Shown here piece after piece: positions 26,718-35,574 of a DNA stretch of 64,000 nt (positions are counted from its first letter, which is position 1; the number at the start of each line of letters is the position of its first letter). Both the position numbers and the translations under genes were made by a program. The notes beneath the pieces are model-generated. The model searched no databases and was not told the origin of the DNA. It saw nothing but the letters and a program-made list of their open reading frames with translations. The stretch spans positions 64,001 through 128,000 of IMG/VR virus record IMGVR_UViG_3300025030_001854. One strand, written 5' to 3'. This DNA is from a virus.

Positions 26718-28222
26718 AAAACGATTTAGATATCCTACTTATTCATCCGAATTCTGCTAAAAGAGTCTATCAAGACCTTAGTAATAATTTTTCAGCTATA
26801 GAACCCCCAATTTGGGCGTTAATGATTGCTTCTTATCTTATAAATAAAGGGTGGAATGTAGAAATACTCGACTGCGAAGCTTTAAGGTTAAATCCAAAAG
26901 AAGTATATACAATCGTTAAAAATAAATCTCCAAAAGTAATTGGTATGGTTGTTTATGGGCAACAGCCATCAGCCTCGACACAAAATATGACAGGGGCAAT
27001 CGACATTATGCATAAATTGGCTGATTTAGATATTACTCGTATCTATATTGGTCCGCACCCCTCTTCGTTACCGATAAGAACTATAGAAGACGACCCAGGA
27101 GCATTGGTTTGTCAGGGGGAAGGTCCAATTACATTGGATATATTATTAAAACAAAAAAATCACAAAGATATTAGCGATAGGAAAAAAGTTCCTGGATTGT
27201 GGTATTTTAATTATATTTCTGGAAAGATAGAGGGAAATTGCTCTGCTCCTTTATTACGAGACTTAGATAATGATATTCCGAATTTGCCTCTTGACCTTCT
27301 TCCTTTAGAACAGTATAGAACTTCTAATTGGCATAGTTGGACTAATGAAAATAAAACTCAACCATTTTTATCTTTATATACCAGTTTGGGATGTCCTTTT
27401 CAGTGTTCTTTTTGTATGATTAATTCTCCATTTAATAATGGGGATAATAAAAATAATACTTTCCGCACTTGGTCGCCCGCTCATACATTAAGGATTTTAA
27501 GGGGTTTTACTGATAAGGGGGTTACTAATGTTAAAATAGCTGATGAAATGTTTGTCTTAAAACCACCCCATTTTCTTGAAATTTGTAAGGGTGTTATTGA
27601 TAGCGGGATGAAATTTAATTTTTGGGCTTACGCAAGAATAGACACCGTAAGAGAACAATATTTAGATATTCTTAAAAAAGCTGGAGTAAATTGGCTAGCA
27701 CTAGGTATTGAATCTGGTAATATTAAAGTAAGGCAAGAAGTCATTAAGGGTAAATTTCAAGAATTAAATATTCATGATATTGTTTCTAAAATTCAAAATC
27801 ATGGAATTTGTTCTATGAATAATTTTATATTTGGGTTACCAACAGACACCATTGAAACAATGCAATCAACGTTAGATTTAGCTATGAACTTAAATGGCGA
27901 ATATGCTAATATGTATTGTGCTATGGGTTATCCTGGAAGTCAATTACACAGAGATTTTTCTCAACATAATCCATCTGTTTTACCAGAAAACAATGGCGTC
28001 GGATGGATAGGATATTCTCAACACGCTTACGAAACGTTTAATCTTCCGACAGAAGTATTAAAAAATCATGAAATTCTTAAATTTCGTGACGAAGCGGTAA
28101 TTAAATATTTTAGTAACCCATCTTATTTGGAAAAAATGACATTAAAATTTGGACCTAATTTTAAAACAGAAATACAAAACATGTTAAATATTAGATTAAA
28201 AAGAAAAATATTAGGAGACTAA
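26714..28222 (+). CDS. cobalamin-binding radical SAM protein (class B methyltransferase-like)
   Basis: GPHPS..P, GEG, TSLGCPFQCSFC, ADEMF, ARID, GIESG, FIFGLP.DT. Confidence 0.9.
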   Translation: MKNDLDILLIHPNSAKRVYQDLSNNFSAIEPPIWALMIASYLINKGWNVEILDCEALRLNPKEVYTIVKNKSPKVIGMVVYGQQPSASTQNMTGAIDIMHKLADLDITRIYIGPHPSSLPIRTIEDDPGALVCQGEGPITLDILLKQKNHKDISDRKKVPGLWYFNYISGKIEGNCSAPLLRDLDNDIPNLPLDLLPLEQYRTSNWHSWTNENKTQPFLSLYTSLGCPFQCSFCMINSPFNNGDNKNNTFRTWSPAHTLRILRGFTDKGVTNVKIADEMFVLKPPHFLEICKGVIDSGMKFNFWAYARIDTVREQYLDILKKAGVNWLALGIESGNIKVRQEVIKGKFQELNIHDIVSKIQNHGICSMNNFIFGLPTDTIETMQSTLDLAMNLNGEYANMYCAMGYPGSQLHRDFSQHNPSVLPENNGVGWIGYSQHAYETFNLPTEVLKNHEILKFRDEAVIKYFSNPSYLEKMTLKFGPNFKTEIQNMLNIRLKRKILGD

Positions 28223-28224
28223 TT

Positions 28225-28803
28225 ATGTCAGAACTTATCAAATTACATTTGGGGTGTTACCATCGGAAAATACATGGATATATTAACATAGATATCCGTC
28301 CAGAATGCTCTCCAGACCTAGTAGAAGACTGCTTCCTATTATCTTCGTTTAAAAATAATAGTGTTGATGTTATTTATACTTGTCATATGCTTGAACATTG
28401 CAAAAGAGACGAAGTTCTTCCAATATTAATCCGCTGGAATGAGATATTAAAACCAGGTGGTATTTTAAGGATTTCTGTCCCAGATTTTGAGGCTTTGTGT
28501 GAATATTATATTCAAACAAGAGATTTAGAAGCCATTACAAATTTAATGTTTGGTTCCCAAAAACATGCTTATGATTTTCATTATATTGGTTTTAATGAAA
28601 AGTATTTAACTAGTTTATTAAAAGGATTAGATTTCGTAAATATCCATCGTTATGATTGGAGGGAAACAGAACATTTTTATATTGATGATTACTCTCAATG
28701 TTATTTGCCAAGTATTGAATATAAATCTAGAAGACTAACTGATGAAATAAAAGGAAAACTAGTTAGTCTAAATATTGAAGCGGTAAAAGCTCTATCTATA
28801 TGA
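28225..28803 (+). CDS. class I SAM-dependent methyltransferase
   Basis: KLHLGC, G.INID, VDVIY..HMLEH, LKPGG.LRISVPD. Confidence 0.85.
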   Translation: MSELIKLHLGCYHRKIHGYINIDIRPECSPDLVEDCFLLSSFKNNSVDVIYTCHMLEHCKRDEVLPILIRWNEILKPGGILRISVPDFEALCEYYIQTRDLEAITNLMFGSQKHAYDFHYIGFNEKYLTSLLKGLDFVNIHRYDWRETEHFYIDDYSQCYLPSIEYKSRRLTDEIKGKLVSLNIEAVKALSI

Positions 28804-29579
28804 CAAAACCAGAAATTTCAATCTTAATGCCAGCTATTCGTCCGCAGAACTGGACAAAAGTATATGAATCTATTTTGTCTTCAACAAGGCGTTCTTTTGA
28901 ATTAGTTATTGTGGGACCACACCAATTACCAGAAAATCTTTTACAATATAAAAATATTAAATATGTTAGAGATTTCGGTTCTCCAGTAAGAGCATCTGCT
29001 ATAGGAAGTCTTTTGTGTGAAGGAACATTTATATATCCCACTCATGCAGATGATTGTTTTTTAATTCAAGATTCTTTGGATAATAATATTGATATCCTTT
29101 CTAAATATAACGATGAACATGTAGTTGTTTGTAAGTATTCAGAAAGCGAAAATTTATCCAGAGAAAATGATTATCAAAACGATGATTATTATAAAATTGT
29201 TAATGCTTATCCAGTAAATCCAATGGTAATTCCTAGTCATTGGTTAATTTTTAATTCTGTTATTTGGTATAGAACAACTTTTGATAGAATTGGGGGATTT
29301 GATTGTCATTTTGAAACCTGCCCAATGGCTCATGCAGATTTAGCTATAAGAAGTCAACACGTTGGTATTAAAGCTATTTTATCGTCTTTTCCATTATTAA
29401 AATGTGGCCATATGCCTGGAACCAGTGGCGACCATGCACCCATACATTTTACCCAAATATTGAAAGATGACCCAAAATTTAGATTAAAATATAGCGAACC
29501 ACTTGACGATTTAGTTAGTTGTATTGATAGATTAAATTGGAAAAAATATCCCAATGTTTGGAAAGAAAGATTTAATTAA
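28800..29579 (+). CDS. GT-A (GT2-like) glycosyltransferase, paralog of 25881-26717
   Basis: ISILMPAIRP, HADD, IGGFD..FE, DLAIR.Q, H.PG..GDH.P. Confidence 0.78.
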   Translation: MTKPEISILMPAIRPQNWTKVYESILSSTRRSFELVIVGPHQLPENLLQYKNIKYVRDFGSPVRASAIGSLLCEGTFIYPTHADDCFLIQDSLDNNIDILSKYNDEHVVVCKYSESENLSRENDYQNDDYYKIVNAYPVNPMVIPSHWLIFNSVIWYRTTFDRIGGFDCHFETCPMAHADLAIRSQHVGIKAILSSFPLLKCGHMPGTSGDHAPIHFTQILKDDPKFRLKYSEPLDDLVSCIDRLNWKKYPNVWKERFN

Positions 29580-29583
29580 AATT

Positions 29584-31941
29584 ATGGAAATCCTTATTTT
29601 AGCAGACTCTAGAGCTATGTGGCCGAGAGAATATAGTTGGCCTAATGTATTACAACAGATGCTTGGTAAAGGATATAATATCACGTCTTATATTAGCGGA
29701 ATAGATAAATGGCTTGCATCTATTAATATGATGGAAGAATTTCTTTTGGACAAATTCCCAGATAAAGTATTCGATATTATCATTATTCAAGCGGGATGGC
29801 ATGAGGGAGGACCATGCTTCTGGCCCGAAGAAACGTGGAAAGAGATTATAAATACCAAAACCAGAGAATTTAACCAATCTTCTCTTATTGATAAAATAGA
29901 AAATAATGGTAAATCTAAATTTTTATATAAAGACGAAAAAGAAGAAAAATCTGTTTTTAAAACATTTAGGTCAAGAGGAAGAAATGTTATTTTTATTAAT
30001 ATGCATTCTGTTCGGCCACCAAACGATTTAAATAAAGAGTATGGTCTTGGAATGACTCATCAATATAAACAACTAGAAGCTAATTTTAGATTTTCTCCTG
30101 TTGATTGCGATTCTTTTTCTTTACCACAAGACAATGAATGGATATCTAATTGTTGTTTACCTGATAGGTTGCATTATATGTTTCATGGAATTAATTATAT
30201 TGCTACTTATTTAGCCAGATATATTCAACGAGCACACAAAATATTACCCAACCTATTAGCAGATTCATCTAAACACAAATCTCTTTTTGAAGAATCCAAA
30301 AGAATAGGTTCATTTATTGCAAATAATACACAGGAACGAGATAAAGTAATTTTGTGCGATGATTTGACTTCCAATTTAATTGCTGCTTTTTGGGGATGTA
30401 TTCTTTATAATCGTATTCCATTGATTATACAACATCCTTCAGTTAAAGTTCATTCTTCAGAATTTCATAAAAAGTTACAAAGAATAAAAGAAATAGTAAA
30501 TCCATCATTTTGTTTTTGTTCGGAAAAATATTTTTCGTCGCTTAAGACATTTTTTAACGCGGCATTTACTATAAATAATCCTCACAATGATAGATATGAA
30601 TTAGATTTGATTGATTATTCTTCTGATGATGTCGCCTTTTTGCAATTATCATCAGGAACCACTGGTGACGTTAAAATATTAGAAGTAACACATAAGCAAG
30701 CAATAGAGAATGTCGAAGAATATGCTCTTATTTCTAACATCAATCAGTATAGTTCTATTGTTTCTTGGCTACCATTATATCACGATATGGGATTAATTAC
30801 TTCGGTTATTATTCCTGTTGTTATGGATTGTTCAGTTGCATATATAGATACATTTTTATGGCTTTCTCGCCCAGTGTTAATATTAGAAATGATTGAGAAA
30901 TATAAAGCTACTCATGTTTGGTGGCCGAATTTTGTTTTTTCGTTTTTGGCTAATCAAAAAGACGATATATCTAAAATAGATTTATCTTCTTTACAATTTT
31001 TAATTAGTTGTTCTGAGCTTTCATTCAATAAAGATATTAATAAATTTATTGAAAAATATAAAAATAATAAACTTAATTGTCAGATAGCTAATTGTTATGC
31101 CCTAGCGGAAAATGTATTTGCCGTCAGTCAATCTAATTCTCTATCTTCAATAACACTAGCTAATGGTTTTTCATTAACAAGTTGCGGTAGAGCTATGCAG
31201 GGGATTTCTGTTTTAATTTTAAATGATAACGAAGAAGATATTACTGGGGAACCAGTTGTTGGTAAAATTTATATTAAAAGTAATACTATTACAACTAAGA
31301 CTCTAAATAAATATGGATATTATGATACTGGAGATTTAGGATTAATATATAATGGAGAAATTTTTGTAGCTGGAAGAAATAAAGACAATTTTGTTTCTTT
31401 TGGAATTAATATTTATCCAGAATTAGTTGAAAAAAGTCTTGATGGTATCAAAGGAATTACCCCAGGAAGAATAGCTTGTATTGGAATCCAAGATAATGAA
31501 CTAGGAACATGTAGAACATTTATTATTGCTGAAACAAACGACTTATCTCTTGCTGACGTTATCTCTAAAGAAATATCTTTAACTGTTAAAAATTTATACG
31601 AAGTCTCCCCTACTGTATTTATAGAAAATCCATCGTTTTTAATCAAAACTTCCAGTGGTAAAATAAGCCGTTTTCGTTCTGGGGAAAAACTAATTAAAAA
31701 AATAGGAATATTAAATATCATTAATAAATTCTTGGCTGAAAAAAATAAACCGAGTATTAGAATAAGCGACAGATTATATACCTCTGGTTTATTGGATAGT
31801 TTGGAACTGTTTGAATTAATTCTATTCTTAGAAAAATCAGGGGTATCTTTAAATAAAGAATTATTAACCAAAGATAGTTTTCGTATTGATTTAGACAAAA
31901 TTGATAATATTGATGGAATTATAGCAGTATTACCAATATAA
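29584..31941 (+). CDS. fusion protein: SGNH-like domain + acyl-AMP ligase (FAAL-like) + acyl carrier protein
   Basis: N-terminal ILADSR/IQAGWHE/DRLH; adenylation motifs QLSSGTTG..K, SWLPLYHDMGL, YALAEN, YDTGDLG, GRNKD, KTSSGKISR; C-terminal GLLDSL phosphopantetheine site. Confidence 0.85.
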   Translation: MEILILADSRAMWPREYSWPNVLQQMLGKGYNITSYISGIDKWLASINMMEEFLLDKFPDKVFDIIIIQAGWHEGGPCFWPEETWKEIINTKTREFNQSSLIDKIENNGKSKFLYKDEKEEKSVFKTFRSRGRNVIFINMHSVRPPNDLNKEYGLGMTHQYKQLEANFRFSPVDCDSFSLPQDNEWISNCCLPDRLHYMFHGINYIATYLARYIQRAHKILPNLLADSSKHKSLFEESKRIGSFIANNTQERDKVILCDDLTSNLIAAFWGCILYNRIPLIIQHPSVKVHSSEFHKKLQRIKEIVNPSFCFCSEKYFSSLKTFFNAAFTINNPHNDRYELDLIDYSSDDVAFLQLSSGTTGDVKILEVTHKQAIENVEEYALISNINQYSSIVSWLPLYHDMGLITSVIIPVVMDCSVAYIDTFLWLSRPVLILEMIEKYKATHVWWPNFVFSFLANQKDDISKIDLSSLQFLISCSELSFNKDINKFIEKYKNNKLNCQIANCYALAENVFAVSQSNSLSSITLANGFSLTSCGRAMQGISVLILNDNEEDITGEPVVGKIYIKSNTITTKTLNKYGYYDTGDLGLIYNGEIFVAGRNKDNFVSFGINIYPELVEKSLDGIKGITPGRIACIGIQDNELGTCRTFIIAETNDLSLADVISKEISLTVKNLYEVSPTVFIENPSFLIKTSSGKISRFRSGEKLIKKIGILNIINKFLAEKNKPSIRISDRLYTSGLLDSLELFELILFLEKSGVSLNKELLTKDSFRIDLDKIDNIDGIIAVLPI

Positions 31942-31953
31942 AAGATATGAAGT

Positions 31954-32595
31954 ATGAATGTTTTGATTTTATCTGATTCTCGTGGAACTGTCCCACAAGG
32001 AAACTCATACATAAATAAATTAATACGTCTATTACCGAATTTTTCTTTTACTTATTTTAATATTGGTTCTCAATTTCATATTAATACCCTAAATAAACTA
32101 GAAGAGTTTGTTATTGATTTAAATAAGAAATTTGATATATTAATAATTCAAGTTGGAATACATGATAATGGAGTTTTGCCTTGGCCTAAAACGATATGGG
32201 AATATTATTTAAATACCAAATATAGAAGATTTGAAAAAGCTTTTTTGTATCAACGTCCACCGTTCATGAATACAAATTTGTTTTTTTATCAAAACGAACA
32301 AGAAGAAAAAGATTGTTTTAAAACGTTTAGGAAATATTGCAAAAAAATAGTTTTTTTAAGTCCTCATGGTATATATTTATCAGTTTTCGAAAATAAAGTG
32401 ATTCATTTTGGAGAGGACTATAGACAACTAAACCTAAATAATATTAATAGAATATCTAAACTGGCCGACGAAACAATTTTTCTGCCACAAGACGAAAAAT
32501 TTAAATTAAAATATACTATGGATGCAGGAATTCACTATAATGACGCTGGTCATAATTTTATCGTGAGAAAAATTAAAAAAGCATTAAAATCATGA
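31954..32595 (+). CDS. SGNH/GDSL-like hydrolase or acyltransferase
   Basis: ILSDSR, IQVGIHD, DAGIHYNDAGH; resembles the N-terminal domain of the upstream fusion. Confidence 0.7.
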   Translation: MNVLILSDSRGTVPQGNSYINKLIRLLPNFSFTYFNIGSQFHINTLNKLEEFVIDLNKKFDILIIQVGIHDNGVLPWPKTIWEYYLNTKYRRFEKAFLYQRPPFMNTNLFFYQNEQEEKDCFKTFRKYCKKIVFLSPHGIYLSVFENKVIHFGEDYRQLNLNNINRISKLADETIFLPQDEKFKLKYTMDAGIHYNDAGHNFIVRKIKKALKS

Positions 32596-33494
32596 AAAAA
32601 ATACTAATAACTGGAAAAACTGGAACAGTTGGTCAGAACTTAAACTTTGGAATAGGTTTTTCTTCTCACGAATATGATTTAAGAGATAAAGACCAATGCA
32701 ACCTCTTGTTTATGTCTCATCGCCCAGATGCGGTTGTTCATTGTGCTGCAAAGGTTGGGGGATTAAAATTTCATATCGAACAAAAATATAAGTTATTCTA
32801 CGATAATATTTTAATTAATACTAATGTTTTGGAAGCATGTAAAAACATGCATGTCCCAAGAGTATTATCGTTTTTATCTTCATGTATTTTTTCAGAAGAA
32901 ATAAATAGACCTTATAAAGAAGAAGATTTACATATTGGATTTCCGGCGCAAGTCCATTATCCTTATGGATTCGCGAAAAGAATGCTAGAAATACAAAGTC
33001 GTATTTGCTATGAAGAACATGGATTAATTTATAATTGTATTATTCCAACTAATATTTATGGCCCAAATGATGATTTTAATCTAGAAACCGGACATGTAAT
33101 AGGAGTATTAATATATAAAGCTCATCAAGCGAAATTAAATGATACCTCTTTTTCTGTTTGGGGTGATGGAGAACAAGAACGAGAATTTTTATATGTAGAT
33201 GACGTGGCAAAATTAACTGAATGGGCTTTAGAATATTATAACGATAAAGAACCATTAATCTTTTGTAATAATCAGACTATTAAAATAAAATATATTGCAA
33301 CTTTAATAGCTCGTGCGTTCGGAATAGAAAATAAATTAGAGTTTGATACCACTAAACCATCTGGACAGAAAATTAGACGTTTAAGCGGAAATAAGCTATT
33401 ATCATTAAATGACTTCCCATTTACGTCAATTGAAAATGGAATAGAAAAAACCATTGAATGGTATTTAAATAATTATCCTAATATCAGAAAATAA
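32592..33494 (+). CDS. fcl: GDP-L-fucose synthase / ColC-like epimerase-reductase
   Basis: HCAAKVGG, LSSCIF, YGFAKR, PTNIYGPND.F, VWGDG...REFLYVDD. Confidence 0.85.
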   Translation: MKKILITGKTGTVGQNLNFGIGFSSHEYDLRDKDQCNLLFMSHRPDAVVHCAAKVGGLKFHIEQKYKLFYDNILINTNVLEACKNMHVPRVLSFLSSCIFSEEINRPYKEEDLHIGFPAQVHYPYGFAKRMLEIQSRICYEEHGLIYNCIIPTNIYGPNDDFNLETGHVIGVLIYKAHQAKLNDTSFSVWGDGEQEREFLYVDDVAKLTEWALEYYNDKEPLIFCNNQTIKIKYIATLIARAFGIENKLEFDTTKPSGQKIRRLSGNKLLSLNDFPFTSIENGIEKTIEWYLNNYPNIRK

Positions 33495-33495
33495 T

Positions 33496-34674
33496 ATGAA
33501 TCAAATTAATCATCCATTAATGGCGGAAAATATTGACGAACAAGATATTCAATGTATTCAAGAATTTCTCTCTCAAAGACCTATACCGAAACTTACTAAT
33601 GGCCCAAAAGTATTAGAATTTGAAAAAGAATGGTCTAAGTGGCTTGGGGTGAAATACAGCTTATTTGTTAATTCTGGAAGTTCAGCAAATGAGTTAACAA
33701 TGTTAGCTATTAAATATCTTTATGGGGTTGGAGAGGTTATTGTTCCTCCGTTAACGTGGGTCAGCGATATTTCTGCGGTTATTCATGCGAATATGAAGCC
33801 CGTTTTTTGTGATATTAATTTTGGAAATCTTTCTTTTGACGAGCAAAAACTTTTTAAATTAATTACCCCTTCTACCAAAGCTATTTTCCTAACTCATGTT
33901 TTGGGTATAAACGGACTATCTCAACGGATTTTAGATATATGTAAAGAAAACGATATTTTATTAATAGAAGATGTATGTGAAAGTCATGGAACAACATTTA
34001 AGAATAAAAAATGTGGTTCTTTTGGATTTGCTAGTAATTTTAGTTTTTATTTTGCTCATCATATGTCCACCATTGAGGGAGGAATGGTTTGTACTAATAA
34101 TCGTAAATTCTATGAAGTATTAAGGTGTTTGCGTTCCCATGGGATGTTAAGGGAATCAACACATGAAGTATTTAAAAAACAAATACTAAAAGAAAATCCT
34201 ACTCTTAATCAAGACTTTGTATTCATTGCTCCATCTCATAATTTTAGAAGTACAGAAATTAATGCAGTATTAGGATTATCTCAACTTAAAAAATTAGACT
34301 CAAATAATAAACTAAGACAAGAAAACTTTAAATACTTTTATGATGGTTTAAGACCAGATTTATATCATAAAGAGTTAAATTTACAAGGACAATGTAATTA
34401 TGCTTTTATTGTTATCCTAAGAAATGGAAGTTTTAAATTAAGAGATAAGATAGAAAAAACATTAAATAAAAATGGTATAGAATTTAGAAGGGGACTTTCT
34501 GGCGGCGGGAGTCAATTAAAACAACCATATTTAAAATCTATCGTTAAAATAAACGAGGAAGATTTTCCCCGAATGGAATTTATCCATCATTTTTCATGGT
34601 ATATCGGAAATTATCCTTCTTTAACTAAAGAAAAAATAGACAATCTACTTAATATTCTCAATAATATTAAGTGA
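33496..34674 (+). CDS. DegT/DnrJ-fold PLP enzyme, ColD-like GDP-4-keto-6-deoxymannose 3-dehydratase
   Basis: VNSGSSAN, EDVCESHG, SFYFAHHMSTIEGG (His at the usual Schiff-base Lys position), LRSHG. Confidence 0.8.
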   Translation: MNQINHPLMAENIDEQDIQCIQEFLSQRPIPKLTNGPKVLEFEKEWSKWLGVKYSLFVNSGSSANELTMLAIKYLYGVGEVIVPPLTWVSDISAVIHANMKPVFCDINFGNLSFDEQKLFKLITPSTKAIFLTHVLGINGLSQRILDICKENDILLIEDVCESHGTTFKNKKCGSFGFASNFSFYFAHHMSTIEGGMVCTNNRKFYEVLRCLRSHGMLRESTHEVFKKQILKENPTLNQDFVFIAPSHNFRSTEINAVLGLSQLKKLDSNNKLRQENFKYFYDGLRPDLYHKELNLQGQCNYAFIVILRNGSFKLRDKIEKTLNKNGIEFRRGLSGGGSQLKQPYLKSIVKINEEDFPRMEFIHHFSWYIGNYPSLTKEKIDNLLNILNNIK

Positions 34675-34675
34675 T

Positions 34676-35422
34676 ATGAAACCGATTCTTGTTATTGGAG
34701 ATACTTGCTCAGATGTATTTTTTTATGGGACTTGCGAAAGGCTAGCTCCCGATTCACCAGTCCCAGTTTTAGATATAGTTAAGCAAGAAAAAACTTTAGG
34801 GATGGCTGGAAATGTCTATCGAAATATTATAGATTTAGATTTTCCTTGTGAGATAGTTACTAATAATAATTATCATGAGATTACTAAAACTAGATATGTG
34901 GATATTAAAACAAACCACATGTTTATAAGAATAGATTCCCAAGCAGAATACTCTCCTATAGACCGTCAAACTTTAGAAGCCCTTCCGTGGGACCATTGTT
35001 CGGCTGTAGTTATTTCTGATTATGATAAGGGATTCTTGAGTGAAAAAGACATTCAATATATTGCTGAACATCATCCTCTGACATTTTTAGATACTAAGAA
35101 GGTTCTTGGAGAGTGGGCTAATGATATTACTTTTATTAAGATTAATCGAAAAGAATATAGAGCTTCATTAAAATGTTTAACCCCAAGACTTCAATTAAAA
35201 ATTATTGAAACATTAGGAGCTGATGGATGTAAGTATTTAGAACAAATTTTTCCAGTTAAACTTGTTGAAATTAAAAATTTATCAGGAGCAGGAGATTCAT
35301 TCTTAGCTGGATTAGCTGTTAGTTTCGTAAAAACAGAGAATATGAATATTGCTATTCCATTCGCGAATAGTGTTGCTACGAAAGTAGTCCAAAAACTGGG
35401 AATTGGAACTATAAAAGGATAA
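34676..35422 (+). CDS. PfkB-family sugar kinase resembling the HldE/RfaE heptose-7-phosphate kinase domain
   Basis: ILVIGD...D.F.YG..ERL.P..PVPV, GMAGNV, KTR, ISDYDKG, GAGDSF. Confidence 0.82.
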   Translation: MKPILVIGDTCSDVFFYGTCERLAPDSPVPVLDIVKQEKTLGMAGNVYRNIIDLDFPCEIVTNNNYHEITKTRYVDIKTNHMFIRIDSQAEYSPIDRQTLEALPWDHCSAVVISDYDKGFLSEKDIQYIAEHHPLTFLDTKKVLGEWANDITFIKINRKEYRASLKCLTPRLQLKIIETLGADGCKYLEQIFPVKLVEIKNLSGAGDSFLAGLAVSFVKTENMNIAIPFANSVATKVVQKLGIGTIKG

Positions 35423-35425
35423 TAT

Positions 35426-35569
35426 ATGGATGGCTCAATATTTCGCGGATTCGAGGTTATTTATAAATTATTTGTAGTGCTATTGGTTGTTTTTGTTCCA
35501 TTAGGATTATGGAAAATGGTAGATATTATTATTTGGTTATTTAAACATTTATCAGTTAGTTTTCAATAA
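35426..35569 (+). CDS. small membrane protein
   Basis: Below the track cutoff. MDGSIFRGFEVIYKLFVVLLVVFVPLGLWKMVDIIIWLFKHLSVSFQ fills the gap. Confidence 0.55.
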   Translation: MDGSIFRGFEVIYKLFVVLLVVFVPLGLWKMVDIIIWLFKHLSVSFQ

Positions 35570-35574
35570 AATTT

